Shown in pieces: positions 26,068-39,036 of a stretch of 64,000 nt of DNA (positions within the stretch are counted from its first letter, which is position 1; each line of letters starts with the position of its first letter). The DNA lies in contig NC_087436.1 of assembly GCF_036321535.1 (NCBI RefSeq), positions 36,830,001 to 36,894,000 of the forward strand, read 5' to 3'. The notes beneath the pieces were generated by a model. It was not told where the DNA came from and did not search any database. It was given only the letters and a program-made list of their open reading frames with translations. The DNA comes from Camelus dromedarius. Its lineage: Eukaryota. Both the position numbers and the translations under genes were made by a program.

Positions 26068-26270
26068 TTATTTTTTATTGAAGAGTAGTCGATTTACAAT
26101 GTTAGTTTCAGGTGTACAGCAAAGCAATTCAGTTATGCATATACATACTATGTATATATATTTTTTCAGATTATTTTCTATTATAGCTCAACACAAGAAA
26201 TTGCACATGGTTCCCTGTGCTACATATATAGTAGATCCTTGTTTATCTATTTTATATATAGTAATGTGTA
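26068..26270 (-). mobile_element. Cetartiodactyl-type L1 3' end
   Basis: ttttattgaagagtagtcgatttacaatgttagtttcaggtgtacagcaaag, tttatctattttatatatagtaatgtgta. Confidence 0.85.
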
Positions 26271-26289
26271 TTAAATAATCTTTATTGAT

Positions 26290-26612
26290 TAAGCCAGTCA
26301 TCATGGGGGTCTATTCCTTTGCCAATGATTGGCTTAGAGGTGGAATATGACACAATTCTGGCAAATGAACCATGGGAGGAATCTGATGGTGATTACTTCT
26401 GGCTTCTTTGCTGACAAAGATTCACAATGATGAAAAAGGCTTTTTCTGCTTCTGGTGAGTCCATCTCTGATCACGAAGAAAGCTAGTAGACATGAGAATA
26501 GCTGAGTAGGAAGATGGAAAAAAATGGGTTCTCCTACTGTAATTAAGGTAATAAATATTCTAATTGTTTAAGCCCTTTTTAATTGGATTTATTATGATTT
26601 GCAACCAAAAGC
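26290..26612 (+). mobile_element. Old MaLR LTR (MLT1I/J-like)
   Basis: tgacacaattctggcaaatga, ttgtttaagccc, gatttgcaaccaaaagc. Confidence 0.6.
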
Positions 26613-26644
26613 TGCAGGAATGGCCTTGGAGGCTCTCTTACAGC

Positions 26645-27385
26645 ACATCTCCTCCATCAGCAAATCCTGTTGACTTCAGCTTTAAAAACATGCCAGAATC
26701 CACTACTTTTCATCCCCTGCTGCCACCCTAGTCCAGGCAACCATCATCTCTTGCAGGGACTATTTCACTAGTTTCCTCCCTGCATTCTCCCCACCTCCCC
26801 TTCAGTTGATTCACTAAATACAATAGTCAGAGTGACCTTTGTAAAACATGTCAGATTTGTAAAACACGTTTCTCCTTAGTACAGTCTAGAAGCTTTCTGT
26901 CTCACTTAGGATCAAATCCTACAAGGCTGGAGAGGGTCTGGCCTTTAACCGCCTCTTGGGTCTTTACTCTGTAAGCCACACAGGCCTCCCTGCAGGTCCT
27001 TGGCCATACTGGGCATGAAGCGCAGAGCCTTTGTACTGCTGTCTCCTCTGCCCTATGCTGTCATCCCCAGACATCTGCATGCCTCATGGCCTTCAGGCTT
27101 TGCTCAAATGTCTCTTTGCCAATGAGACCTTTCCAAGTATCCTATCTAAAATAGCACAACCTCCCCCAATCCTATAACACTCTGTTCCCTTTATTTTTCT
27201 TTGTTGTGCTTACCAGTTCTTGACATATTTTGCATTTGCTTATTTTTTTTTTCCATTGTGTAGAATGTAATTACAGTGTCACAGCTGTAATGGCAGTGAC
27301 TGTTATTCACTGCTCAATTCCTTTGAGTGCCTAACACATAGTAGGAACTCAATGAATATTTCTGGATAAAAGAATTAATTAATGA
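26645..27385 (+). mobile_element. L2a 3' end
   Basis: ccatcagcaaatcctgttg, ctgccaccctagtccaggcaaccatcatctctt, gtgcctaacacatagtaggaactcaatgaatattt. Confidence 0.85.
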
Positions 27386-27826
27386 GGGCATCCATGTTTT
27401 ATGCACTTCATATTTTATTCTGTATTAAAAAATAGTCATGACAGATGTATGCAATTTGTTAAAATGCACCCAAGTTACAATTAATGTCTGTGCATTTCTC
27501 TGTTTGTATGTTATTCCTCAATAAATCAAATCTTTAAAAAAGTAATGAAGGCTCTAAAGAACTAATTTAATTTTGATGAATAGTTGTTTTTTAGACTGTA
27601 ATTAGTAATCTATTATTATTATGTAATTAGGATTCTATTTTTTAATGGTATATTATCCTCTGTTAGCCTTACTTCACCTCTTTATAAACTGTAAAAAGGA
27701 AACATGAAAGCATTTTATATTCATATATAAAGAAATAAATTACATTGTCATTTCTATACCTCAAGAGCCTAGCACAGTGTCTCACACAGAGCTCAGTAAT
27801 GGTTTGTGAACTTAAAGCAAATGATA

Positions 27827-27897
27827 GAGGGAGGGTATAGCTCAATGGTAGAGTGCCTGCTTAGCATGCATGAGGTTCTCATTCAATCCCCAGTACT

Positions 27898-27935
<38 letters not shown>

Positions 27936-27964
27936 TTATCTCCCCATCCTCCCAAAAATAAAAA
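27827..27964 (+). mobile_element. Vic-1-like SINE with internal (AATC)n
   Basis: gggagggtatagctcaatggtagagtgcctgcttagcatgcatgagg; 14-bp TSD taaagcaaatgata at 27813-27826 and 27965-27978. Confidence 0.9.
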
Positions 27965-28059
27965 TAAAGCAAATGATAAAAGAGAAAATGAAGGGGTCAG
28001 CAAATGTCCCTGGTAATCCCAGGAGCCTCCTCCCCCTCCTCATTTCCTAACAAGGAGTC

Positions 28060-28320
28060 AGCAACAGCATGTGTGGTTAGGAGGGGGACTCTCGGGCCAC
28101 AGTGCCAGGTTCAAGTCACAGCCAACCACTTGTGAACTGTGTGACCCTGGAAAAGTTACCTAACCTGTCTGGGAAACCTCATTTTCCTTCTTTGCAAGAA
28201 TGAAATAGGATAGTCACTAGCCTGTCCATTCAACAGGATGTGAGGAAACAAGGTACCAATGCAGAAGTCCCCTGCACAGCGTGTGGCACGTAGTAAGTGT
28301 CAAATGAACTTGAGCTCCTA
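28060..28320 (+). mobile_element. MIR SINE
   Basis: gtggttaggag, ggttcaagtcacagcc, ctgtgtgaccctggaaaagttacctaacct, tggcacgtagtaagtgtcaa. Confidence 0.8.
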
Positions 28321-29729
28321 TTAGAATGGCGATTTCCCTTTTGTTCTCCTTTGTCCCCTGAGCGCAGAGATGACCGGGAGTTCGGCACTTCCTAAGAGAC
28401 ACAGAAGGATGGAGACCTGGGGTTCCTTGTTAGGAGGGGAGCAGAAAAATGCCCTTCCAATAGAAGCAAGAGAAATGGATGAGGCGAGAGTAACCCTTGC
28501 TGCCTCCCTCAGGCCTTGCTCTCACTTTGCCTAAACAGATACCTTGGGACTGGTCAGAGCTGTCAGAGTCCTCCCCCAAGAACTTAACTACCAGCATGGG
28601 TGAGGCACAGAGGGACCAGTGGAGGGAAAACAACCCAAAACTTTTCTGTACACTCACATCCCGCTCCCCTATCCCAACCATACCTTTCATATTATTGAAC
28701 AGATACTCACAGCCTGAGAGCCTGGTGTGAGGTTATTCGGGCAGAGATCACCCCTAATAGGACCACCCCAAGGTCCTCACAGAGGATCACATCCCTAAAG
28801 AGCTCCCTCCTGAAACCAAGGAGTCCACCCCAAAGACACACTAGACACAGATCCTGCTTTAATCCAGGGCACAAGGGGAGGCAATTTTCCCGCTGTTTTA
28901 GAAAAGCCATTTTTGTCCCAGAGTCCATTTACCATGAGGTCAAATTAGCTAGGAGCAGACTCCTAAAATCATTGAGTTTCCTAATGATTACAAAAGAGAT
29001 ATTTACATATGCTGCTTTGTTTTTTATTTCACTAGACAAAAGGCTGAACTATCCAGCCTGACCTGGCATCCATGGTCAGGATTCACCCGGTCCCAGAAAG
29101 GCCTTGGGGCTATCCCCCACCACACTTGCTGCTTCATGAATTTCTATCTCCCTCCTGTTAGCCTCACGTTTAATCAAATTATTCTGGTACAACTATAGTA
29201 ATACTGTTCTGTTTATTCTTGGATTATTAAGTGTAGTCCTATACAGAATGTGCAATTATTGCATTTTGCTTAACTGGAGCAGACTGATGGTGACAGGGTG
29301 AGCTAGGAGGAATATAAGAGGCAGTGACTGAAAGCTCAGAGTCTGACATAAAATGGGTCAGACTCTGATTTTACGCACAGCACTCGAGACCCTGAGAGCA
29401 GCTCTGGCCTTAGAGTCTAGTGTCTGCTTTCCTCAGTGCAGGCTAGGCTGGGATCACAGTCTATTACTACAATAAGGCCTGAGAGCTAAAAAAAAAAAAA
29501 AATTCTGCTGTACCTTTTTTCTGGAGTTGATACCATTTTTAGAAAGATTTTTCCTCCTGAGTTTTGAATATATTTAGAATCACACGAAGGCCTTACATAG
29601 ACCCTTTGGTTGCCTTAAAAAAAAAATCACTGGTGGCGGCCCATGGGAAGAGGTGGCGTTGATAAATTACACTCACACAGAGCAGCATTTTGAAATAGTT
29701 TTGTCTTATGGGTTTTCCCCCCTTTTTGT

Positions 29730-29881
29730 CTTCTTTTGTTTGTTTGTTTTGGGGTTTTTGGCAGGGGAGGAGTAAGTAAATACATTTATGTATGTATTTA
29801 TTTAATGGAAATACCAGGGATTGAACCCAACACCTTGCGCATGCTAGGCATGAGTTCTGCCACTGAGCTATACCCTCCCCC
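29730..29881 (-). mobile_element. Vic-1-like SINE
   Basis: ggattgaacccaacaccttgcgcatgctaggcatgagttctgccactgagctataccctcccc. Confidence 0.85.
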
Positions 29882-31212
29882 TGTCTTTTGTTTTTAATAT
29901 TACATTTTTATACTTTGTTTTCTATTTTTTTATTTGAGATTCATTGTGTGGAGGAGGACATTTTTCATTTTATTTTGATGCCTTGCTTTTTTTGAAATGT
30001 GCTTTATGATAGTTCTTTAGGAATGTTTGTAATTCCTCATGATGAAATTTTATGAGTATTGTTATTTATGAGTAAAGTAGAGGGCAGTGAAGAAGAGTTA
30101 TGGGCATGTTTATTTATTACACATCTCTTTTTAAGTTTTAGCTTATGCAGATCATTTTTCAAAGTGATGTACACACAAGCATTTTGCTTCACAATAATTT
30201 TATCATAGGCACTATATATGTTTGGATACTATATATGGGAAAATAGTTTTGTGATATTAGCTAAATTTTTTTCCCTTTTGAGGTATTATCTCATTTTCAA
30301 GAAGATCATATTTTCCTTGCCAAGTGTGTGAATATGTGTATGTTTGGGGAAGAAGGGAGGAGGGAGAGTATCATAGACTAGAATATAGGCCAAAAAAAAG
30401 ATCCATTTCCTTCTAGGGCAGAGTCCAGGGTTGCAGCAGAAAAACCCAGATAAGGAATGAATGCATGAGCTTCCAGGTTCATGGGTCATGGACAGCTTTA
30501 TAGAAACTTCCATGCCTCACATGGCAACACAGCAGCAGAAATATTTCTGCATCTTCAAATTGTTATCTAGTGTTATCTAGTGTGATTTAGCATCTGATGG
30601 TCCTGATAATTTTTCAGGGGAACAGGAAATGAAGAAAGCATTTCAGTGGTGACCTGGATGTCCCAGATTGTGCCATCTCCCATGTCCTGGCATTGTGAAG
30701 GCCCTCAAACTGAGACCACCCCTCCTCTTGTGAAGGGGGTATGGGGAACAATGAGTTGACAAGGTTAACGTGCTGCTATCTAAGTGGAATTAAGGGTTAA
30801 AATAGAAAGTTGGTTGAATAATTGAAACTAAATACAGTCAAAGTCTTGCACAATTGAATTTGTGGCCTAAGGTTTATATCCACTATATATTTTGGGTTTT
30901 TTCAATAGATACGTTCCTGAAGTAATTTCTTTTTAAGTAAGTTTTATTTTAAATGCACATAAAGTTTAGATAGTATATTCCATGAGGGTAGGAACCATGT
31001 TTTTCTCATTCAACACTTTTTGTAGCATAAGAATAATGGCTGACACTAACAGTACTCAATAATTGTTTACTTAATGAATAAGCTAGATATTTAAAGAACC
31101 AGTTTCATTAAAATGAATATATTTTGTACAGCAAATAATCACTCAAATTTATTTAATTTTAATTATCTGTATTGGGTTTTCTTAAAGAGATGCATGCTTA
31201 AATAAAGGCATT

Positions 31213-34139
31213 TCAGACAACCTGGAAGAAATTAAAAGAGTCTTAGAAACATACAACTTACCAAGACTGAATCAGAAAGAAATAGAAAATTGGAAAAGAC
31301 CAATTACTAGTAAGGAGATTCAAAAATTTCCCAACAAAGAAAAGCCCAGGGCCAAATAGGTTCACTGGTGAATTTTACCAAGTATTTAAAGAAGAATTAA
31401 CACCAATCCTTCTCAAACGCTCCCAAAAAATCAAAAAAGAGGAAATACTCTCAAACTCATTTTATGAGGTTAACATTATCCTGATACCAAAACCATAAAA
31501 GGACACTACTAGGAAAGAAAACTGCAGGTCAATATCAATGATGAATATAGATGCAGATATCCTCAATAAAATGCTAGCAAATAGAATTCAGCAGCACATT
31601 AAAAATCATTCACCATGATCAAGTGACATGTATCCCTGGGATGCAAGGATGATTCAACATATACAAATCAATCAATGTAATACATCATATTAATAGAATG
31701 AAATAAAAGAATCATATGATCATCTCAATAGACACAGAAAAAGCTTTGACAGAATTCAACATCCATTTATAATAAAAACTTTTAATAAATTAGGCATAGA
31801 AGAACTACATCTCAACATAATAAAGGACATATATGACAAACTCATAGCTAACATCATAATTAACGGGGAAAAGTTGAAAGCTTTTCCTCTAAGATCAGGA
31901 ACAAGACAAGTGTGCCCATTTGCATCACTCCTATTCAATAGAGCACTGAAAGTCCTAGCTAGAGCAACCAGGCCAAAAAAAAAAAAAAAAAAAAAAGAAA
32001 TAAAAGTTATCAGAATTAGATAGGAAGAAGTAAAACTGACTATATTTGCAGGTGACAAGATTTTATACATAGAAAAACCTAGACTCACCCAAAATACAGT
32101 TAGATTTAACCAGTGAATTCAGTAAAGTTGTAGGATACAAAATTAACATACAAAAATCAGTACCATTTCTTTACACAAGCAATGAATTTTCTGAAAAATA
32201 AATAAATTGATACCGTTTACAATAGCATCAAAAACAGTAAAAATACTTAGAAATAAATTTGACCAAAGAGGTGAAAGATCTCTACTCCAAAAACTTCAAG
32301 ACATTGTGAAAGAAATTAATAAAAAATAAATGGAAAGGTAACTCTTACTCATGCATTGGAAGACATAATATTGTTAAAATGTCAATATTATCAAAAGCCA
32401 TCTATAGATTCAATAAAATCCCTATGACAATTCCATTGGCATTTTTTACAGAAGGAGGAAAAAAACACTCCAAAATTAAATGTATGGAAACACAAAAGAC
32501 CCTGAATAGCCAAAGAAATCCTGAGAAAGAAGAAAGCAGGAGGCATCACATTTCCTGATTTCAAATGATATTATAACGCTATAGTCATCAAAACAGTGTG
32601 GTACTGGCATAAAAACAGACAAATAAGCCAATGGAAAAGAATCAAGAGCCTGGAAATAAACCCAAGCTTATACAGTTAACTAATATTTGACTAGAGAGCC
32701 AAGAATACTCAGTGGAAAAAAGACAATCTCTTCAATAAATGGTGATGGGATAATTGGAATATTCACATGTAAAAGAATGAAACTGGCCCCTATCTTATAT
32801 CATTCACAAAAAATTAAGCTTAAACTATGCTAAAGACTTAAATATAAGACCTGAAACCATGAAACTTCTAGAAGAAAATATAGTAATAAAGCTCCTTGAC
32901 TTAGGCCTTGGAAATTATATTTTAGATATGACACAAAATTAAACAAGTGGGACTACATCAAACTAAAAGCTTTGCACAGCAAAAGAAACCATCAACAAAG
33001 TGAGAAAAGAACCTATGAAATGGGAAAAAAATATTTTCAAACCATATGTCTGATGAGAGGTTAATACCAAAGTATATGAAGAACACATAAAACCCAATAG
33101 CATGACTACTAGGGAAGTGCAAATTACCACAATGAGGTATCACCTCATGCCTGTTAGAATGGCCATCATTTAAAAAAAAAAAAAAAGGGATAACTTATGC
33201 TAGCATGGATGTGACGAAAAGGGAGTTTTTGTGCACTCTTCGTAGGACTGTAAATTGGTACAGCCACTATGGAAAACAGTTTGGAGGATTGTCAAAAAAT
33301 TAAAAATAGAAATACTATATAAAAAAAAAACCTCAAAAAAACACAACGAAATATCATATGATTCATACATAGGATCCAGCAATTCTACTTCTACTTCTGG
33401 GAATGTATCCAAAGGAAACAAAAACAGTAACTGGAAAAGATATCTGCATCCCCATGTTCATAGCAGCATTATTTATAATAGCCAAAACATGGAAACAACC
33501 TAAGTGTGTATTGATGGATGAATAAATAAAGAAGATGTGGTATACATATTTTTAATGAAAAATTATTCAGCCACAAAAAATGAGAAAGTCCTATCATTTT
33601 CAACAACATGGATAGATCTTGAAAGTATTATGCTAAGTGAAATAAGTTAGAGAAAAACAAATACTGTATGATCTTGCTTAAATGTGGAATCTAAAAACAA
33701 ACAAACAAAAAGACAAACAAACTCATAGGAAAAGACAGCAGATTACCACAGATGGAAGGTGGGGAAGGGAGAATTGGAGAAAGGTGGTCAAAAGGTACAA
33801 ATTTCCAGTTATAAGATAAATAAGTACTTACAGTACATTATAGGGATGTAATGTGCAACATAATGACTATAGTTAAAACTATTGTATAATATATAGGGGA
33901 ATTGATAAGAGAATAGATCCTGAGTTCTCATCACAAGAAGAAAAAGTTTTTTTCTTTTCTTCTTTCTTTTCTTTATATTGTATCTATGAGATGATGGATG
34001 TTAGCTGAATCTATTGCTATAATCATTTCACAATACATGGAAGTCAAACCATTGGACTGTACACCTTAAATTTTACAGTGATGTATGTCAGTTATTTCTC
34101 AAAAAAAGTGGAAAAATAATTAAGAATTAAAAAATAAAG
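31213..34139 (+). mobile_element. 5'-truncated L1MA-type LINE: decayed ORF2 (RT and C-terminal region) plus 3' UTR
   Basis: acatacaacttaccaagactgaatcagaaagaaatag, gggatgcaaggatgattcaacata, tatttgcaggtgacaag (FADD site mutated), QPLWKTVW peptide at about 33260; many stops and frameshifts. Confidence 0.95.
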
Positions 34140-34506
34140 AGGGTTCATTTTTTACTATAACCATGAGTAATTTATGGCAATGTAACAAACTAGGGGAAAG
34201 GCACATGAAGAAAAATCATTTGTTCTTATGACTACAGTGTAATTATACTAATACAACAATAGAAGTAGCATGAAAACTTTCAGGAAATGCATTTATGGAA
34301 TTAAAACACTTTTAAACTTGTAAGGTTTTTGATTGACTATTTTGGAGAAAGACTCAGAGTTGGAGTAGAGTGGATGATTTGAGGAATATTTCTAGGAAAG
34401 GATCCTAGAACAGACAGAGAAGAGAGATTAGGAAGGACAGAGCCTAGAGCTGTCAATTTTTTCAAGATGAGTTTTGTAAACTTGAAATAGTCTCAGACTG
34501 GTCCTC

Positions 34507-34996
34507 TGTGATGATTAATTTTACGTGTCAATTTAACTGGGCTAAGGGATGCCCAGACAGCTGATAAAACATCATTACTGGTTGTATCACTAAATCAGAC
34601 TGAGGGAAGAAGATGAACCTCACCAGCGCAGGTGGGCATCATCCAATCGGTTGAGGGCCCAAACAGAACAAAAAGGAGGACAAATGCCCTCTCTCTGCTT
34701 GGGCTGGAACATCTATCTTCTCCTGCCCTCAGACATCTGTGCTCTTGCTTCTCAGTCTTTGGGACCCAGACCAGCACTTAAGCCATCACCTCCAACTCCC
34801 CCAATTCTCAGGCCTTTGGATTTGGACTAAATGATACTACCAGCTCTCTTGGTTCTCCAGCTTGCAGAAGGCAGATCATGGGACCTTTCAGCCTCCATAA
34901 TTCTGTGAGTCAAATCCTATAATAAATCTTCTCATAATGTATCTATGCACATATATCTTATTGGTTCTATTTCTCTGGAGAACCCTGACCAATACA
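34507..34996 (+). mobile_element. Solo ERVL LTR (MLT2 family)
   Basis: Starts tgtgatgattaattttacgtgtcaa and ends ctggagaaccctgaccaataca; flanks tcctc and tcctg (4/5 TSD). Confidence 0.9.
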
Positions 34997-35339
34997 TCCT
35001 GCACAAAATACATTCTTCCAACTGCTTACTTGTGTGCTGTGCTAAGTCCATAATAATTATGTTTAAACTAGTCTTAGAGAGGTTGAGTGACTTACTCAAG
35101 ATTACACACTAGCAGGCAATAAAGCCAGGACCCAAACCCTAGGCCATCTTACTCCAGAGCCTTTAGCAACCTGATATTAATCTGATATAGTGGCTTATCT
35201 ATTCAGACGTGATACCATATATTAGGAAAATTATTATTTTGACTTAAAGTCATAATTTGAAAGTATGTCTCACTGGTCCCCAAATAATGTTTAATGTTTC
35301 CTGATAAGACCTGGAATGATACCCAATGACTTGCATTTT

Positions 35340-35536
35340 TCAGCTGTTGATACAGCTCACCAGGGCTGACTGGGCAACACCTCTTCCCAACTCCATATTC
35401 AGTCATGTCATGTAGCTTGAAATCCGCCAACATGGGAGTATTTATCACAGCAACCAGCAAAAGCTAGAAGTCAGGGCTTCTCAAAAATTGTTTTTCTCAA
35501 AGAGCTGGTTGCTAAACATTTACTAGCATACCACTG
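35340..35536. mobile_element. MER63-like hAT-Blackjack MITE
   Basis: ctcttcccaactccatattcagt, gtagcttgaaatccgcc, gagctggttgctaaacatttactagcataccactg. Confidence 0.75.
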
Positions 35537-36749
35537 GACTGATATCTGCTTTTGTCCCAATTTAATATATAGTCTTTTATAAAAACTCTCCTGAGATTCT
35601 AAGTGGGAAGGTTAATGATTAACACTGACAAAACATTGGTGCAAGGTTATAGCCACATTTTTTTTTTTTTTGCTTCAAGATTACCTGTAAGTCACAAAGA
35701 TTCAAAGAAGTTAGGGAGATGACACTGATCAACTTGTTTACAAATAGCTTAGAAAGCTTATGCCTGGTCCCATTCAGTCCATCACCTCCACCCTCACTAT
35801 ATCAGGTGCCAACTGCCAATAAGGTCTGATACTTTTGGCAGCTTAGCCTTCAGCAGCCTCTTGATTCAGCATCTCCAGTTCATCCATCATGTTTGGGGGA
35901 ACATTTACTAACAAGGTCCAAATGAAGTGTCAATAATGTCACCTCATTTGGAGAGATGATAAAAGAGAGCTGCATCAGAATCTCGGTGTTTTAGTATCTC
36001 AGGGTAAAGGAAATAAATATTGTGGGATATATGCAGCTTTTAAGTATTATTGATTTAGCTGAATAATGGAGTAGAATAATTCATAAGAAAATCTGTACCT
36101 TAAAAGAGAAGAGCTGACCCAACAAAGACAGAGAAGACTTAAGTGAATGGGAAATGCCAGTAGGGTACTTAAAAGTTAAAAATACACCTTAATTGGCTCT
36201 TACAGGAATAAATTTATGGTTTGCTGTACAGACAAGACATCTTTAGCTACTTGTAAATCATCACTATTTTATCAGCTCTATCGCTTTGAATTAACTAACA
36301 ACAGAATGAGGGCTTTATCCTTAGCCTATTTTGTTTCATACTATTTTAGCGAATTTTGAAAGAACATATAGATCTGCTAAGTCAGAGACAGCATTCTAAA
36401 CAGTTAGCCGTCAGAACAGACAGAATTGGTGACCACTGCCCAGAGGTCCTATGACCTGGTAATCTAACTAAAAATATACATGGCCCCAAGTAGCTCTTAC
36501 CCCTCAAGGATTTGACTGCCAATAAGGCAGTAAATTTGTGTAATTGGACAAGAAAACATTTAGTACACATTCTACAATTTGGCCCAGGAAAAAAAGGGAA
36601 TTCCATCTGAATGCCATCTGTCATGCTGTGGAAAAACAGATGAAGATGCAGGTGGAATTCCTCCAACCAGCCTGAAAATTGGTGAGAGATACTCCACACA
36701 GACATGGTTGAGCAATCCATCCGCTTGTCCTAGAGGATTCAGTCATATG

Positions 36750-36985
36750 TTCTAATAGTTATACTTATACAACATTAATTTGTGCCAGGCATAGCTCTAT
36801 GTACTTATAGATATTAACTAAATCAATTTTCAAACTACTCTATGAGATAAGTACTTTGGGTATCTCCACGTCACTGATGAGGAAACTGAAGTTCAGAGAG
36901 GTAAGGTAACTTTTCCAAGCTCATCCAATTATTAAAGGGGGTCTTGAGGAATTAGAAGCCACACAGTCTGACCCCAGAGCCTGAG
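36750..36985 (-). mobile_element. MIR SINE
   Basis: tgtgccaggcatag, gatgaggaaactgaagttcagagaggtaaggtaacttttccaag, cagtctgaccccagagcc. Confidence 0.85.
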
Positions 36986-37329
36986 CTAATCCCTATTATT
37001 CGTTCTCTAAGTGGGGCAGTCATAATTACAGGTGAACGCTAACAATCACCGTGTTTCTTTATAATTAGTTCTTATGAGCTTTGTGTATATTATATGTGAC
37101 TGCTTATTCTGCTAATATCTTTGTTTATTCTGTTCTAGTAACAGGGAATTTCCACTCTGTGAAGTAATTAAGTATATAACTGAGAAGTTTTAATCGTTAG
37201 AAAATTCATTTTAAGACAAAAAGTCTACGTCTCTATACCTTTCTAATGTCGAGAGTTCTGCTCTCTGAAGCAAAACCAGATAGGCTGTTCCCCTTCCAAG
37301 TGTCCCCCTGGAAGCATCTGCTAATGGGG

Positions 37330-37765
37330 GACAGCTGTCATACCTCCCCATAGTCCCCTACTTTATAGGATAAACCTCCCAGTATCTTTACAATTCTTCT
37401 TTTCATATTGTATTAAGACCTCTCCTTTTTCCAATCTTCCTATTAAAATGAAAATCCTTGAACAGGACGTGAATCTGACCAGTAGGTTCTTGATCTCCAT
37501 TATATTGAGAGTTATTTTTCTAATTATACTGCCTAATGCATGAATTTTAATCTGTTTCATCATATTTTTTGGACACATTAAGATTCAAGTCCATGCCTTT
37601 TTCAGATGTTTTGCCATAAAACTGGAGCTCCATTCTCTATGTGGTCAGGTTTTTGTTGCTGGTGGTGGTGGTCCAAATGCAAGATTTCACATTCATCTCT
37701 GTTAAAATTTATCTTAAGAGTTTTGGCTTGGCATTAGGCTCTGTCAAAACTTTTTGGAATCTTAG
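37330..37765 (-). mobile_element. L3/CR1 LINE fragment
   Basis: acagctgtcatacctcccc, ccaaatgcaagatttcacattcatctctgttaaaatttatctt, ctgtcaaaactttttggaatctt. Confidence 0.65.
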
Positions 37766-39036
37766 AATTTCACAGACATGACACTGCAGCTTGAGAGTTT
37801 AAAGCTCATCTGCGGGCATTATGAAACCAGCATGAGTCAGGAGCGCGCAGCACAGGTGCGGCAGTGCCTCCAGGGCTGGGTTAACCCAGAGTGGCTACTT
37901 CCTTGTGTGGTGGTCCATTGCTAGGACTGTTGGAGTGAAAACTGTAACCACCAACAAGAGCATTCATCACTTCCAAGGGCCTTCATAGGAGGAGGGGAAA
38001 TGATGACTTGGAAAACGGAAAGGCAATACAGGCACTGGGTCTTCCTTCCACATGAGCCTGGTAAGTGTGATGATGAGGAATTTGGCTATTGAATGAAGCT
38101 ATCCCAGGCTAGACAATTCCGACCTGCCATTGGTCCTATTTCTTAGTTCTTCCTTATATTGGACTAATTCACAGACTTAATGAGGCTTGTTACTATGTCT
38201 TCTTTATTTTGGATCTTATCAACAAGAACTACAAGGACACTTTCTTAGGTGATCTTGTTCATTGGAGGGTTTTCTAACAGAAGGAAATAAGCTCTGCATT
38301 TACACTATTAGTACACTATTAGTTACAGTAATTGAATGGCACTTCCTGGGACAGGTTTTCTTTCTCCTTTTGAGGAACATGCATCATCGCGAGGTAGAAG
38401 GAAAATGATCCACTGAGCTTTGTCAGGGTCCCTTCTTGCTAAATGCACCATAATACGTGCACATAGACCACCAGGATGCTGTTCCGAAGACTCCAGGAGC
38501 AATGCCCTCCCAAGCCTGCTTCCGTTGCATGCTAGCACCTTCTGAATCTATGTCTTGGTACCATGCACAGAGCACACTGATATGCACAGCCAAAGGGTAA
38601 CGAGGTTGGGAAAGTAAAAATGATTTCTTACTTGTCTTAAATGTGCTGTGACTTTAATCTTTTACATATTTTAAAATTCATCACACACAGAGTTAAATCA
38701 GTAATACTGTGATCTCAACAGCAACTCAATAATTAATTTTCTACGGCTGAGAGTAAATGTTAAACAATCAATTCTAATTTACATTCCACTTTTCCAATAA
38801 CAGGCTAATCTTAGGATGTCAAGACTTAAGGAGACCAACGTAGCAATGGACGGAGCAGACTCAGAACATCACCCATTGTCAGGGTTGGAGGTGACCTTAG
38901 AGCTCATCTAGTACAACGTTCTCACCAACACAAAAAACCGAGGCCCCGAAAGGTGAAACGGCGTCAGTAAAGTCACAAAGGAGATTTGTATTAATCTTCG
39001 AAAAATCAATAGAAGTAAAATTTGAATGTTTCTAGA

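Noticed and set aside
28340..28930. GC-richer block, possibly an LTR or ancient LINE 5' region
   Set aside because: I could not identify termini, a TSD or a family, so it is left unannotated pending a Dfam search.
31213..34139. Functional reverse transcriptase gene
   Set aside because: L1 ORF2 remnant with many stops and frameshifts, a mutated FADD motif and no 5' end.
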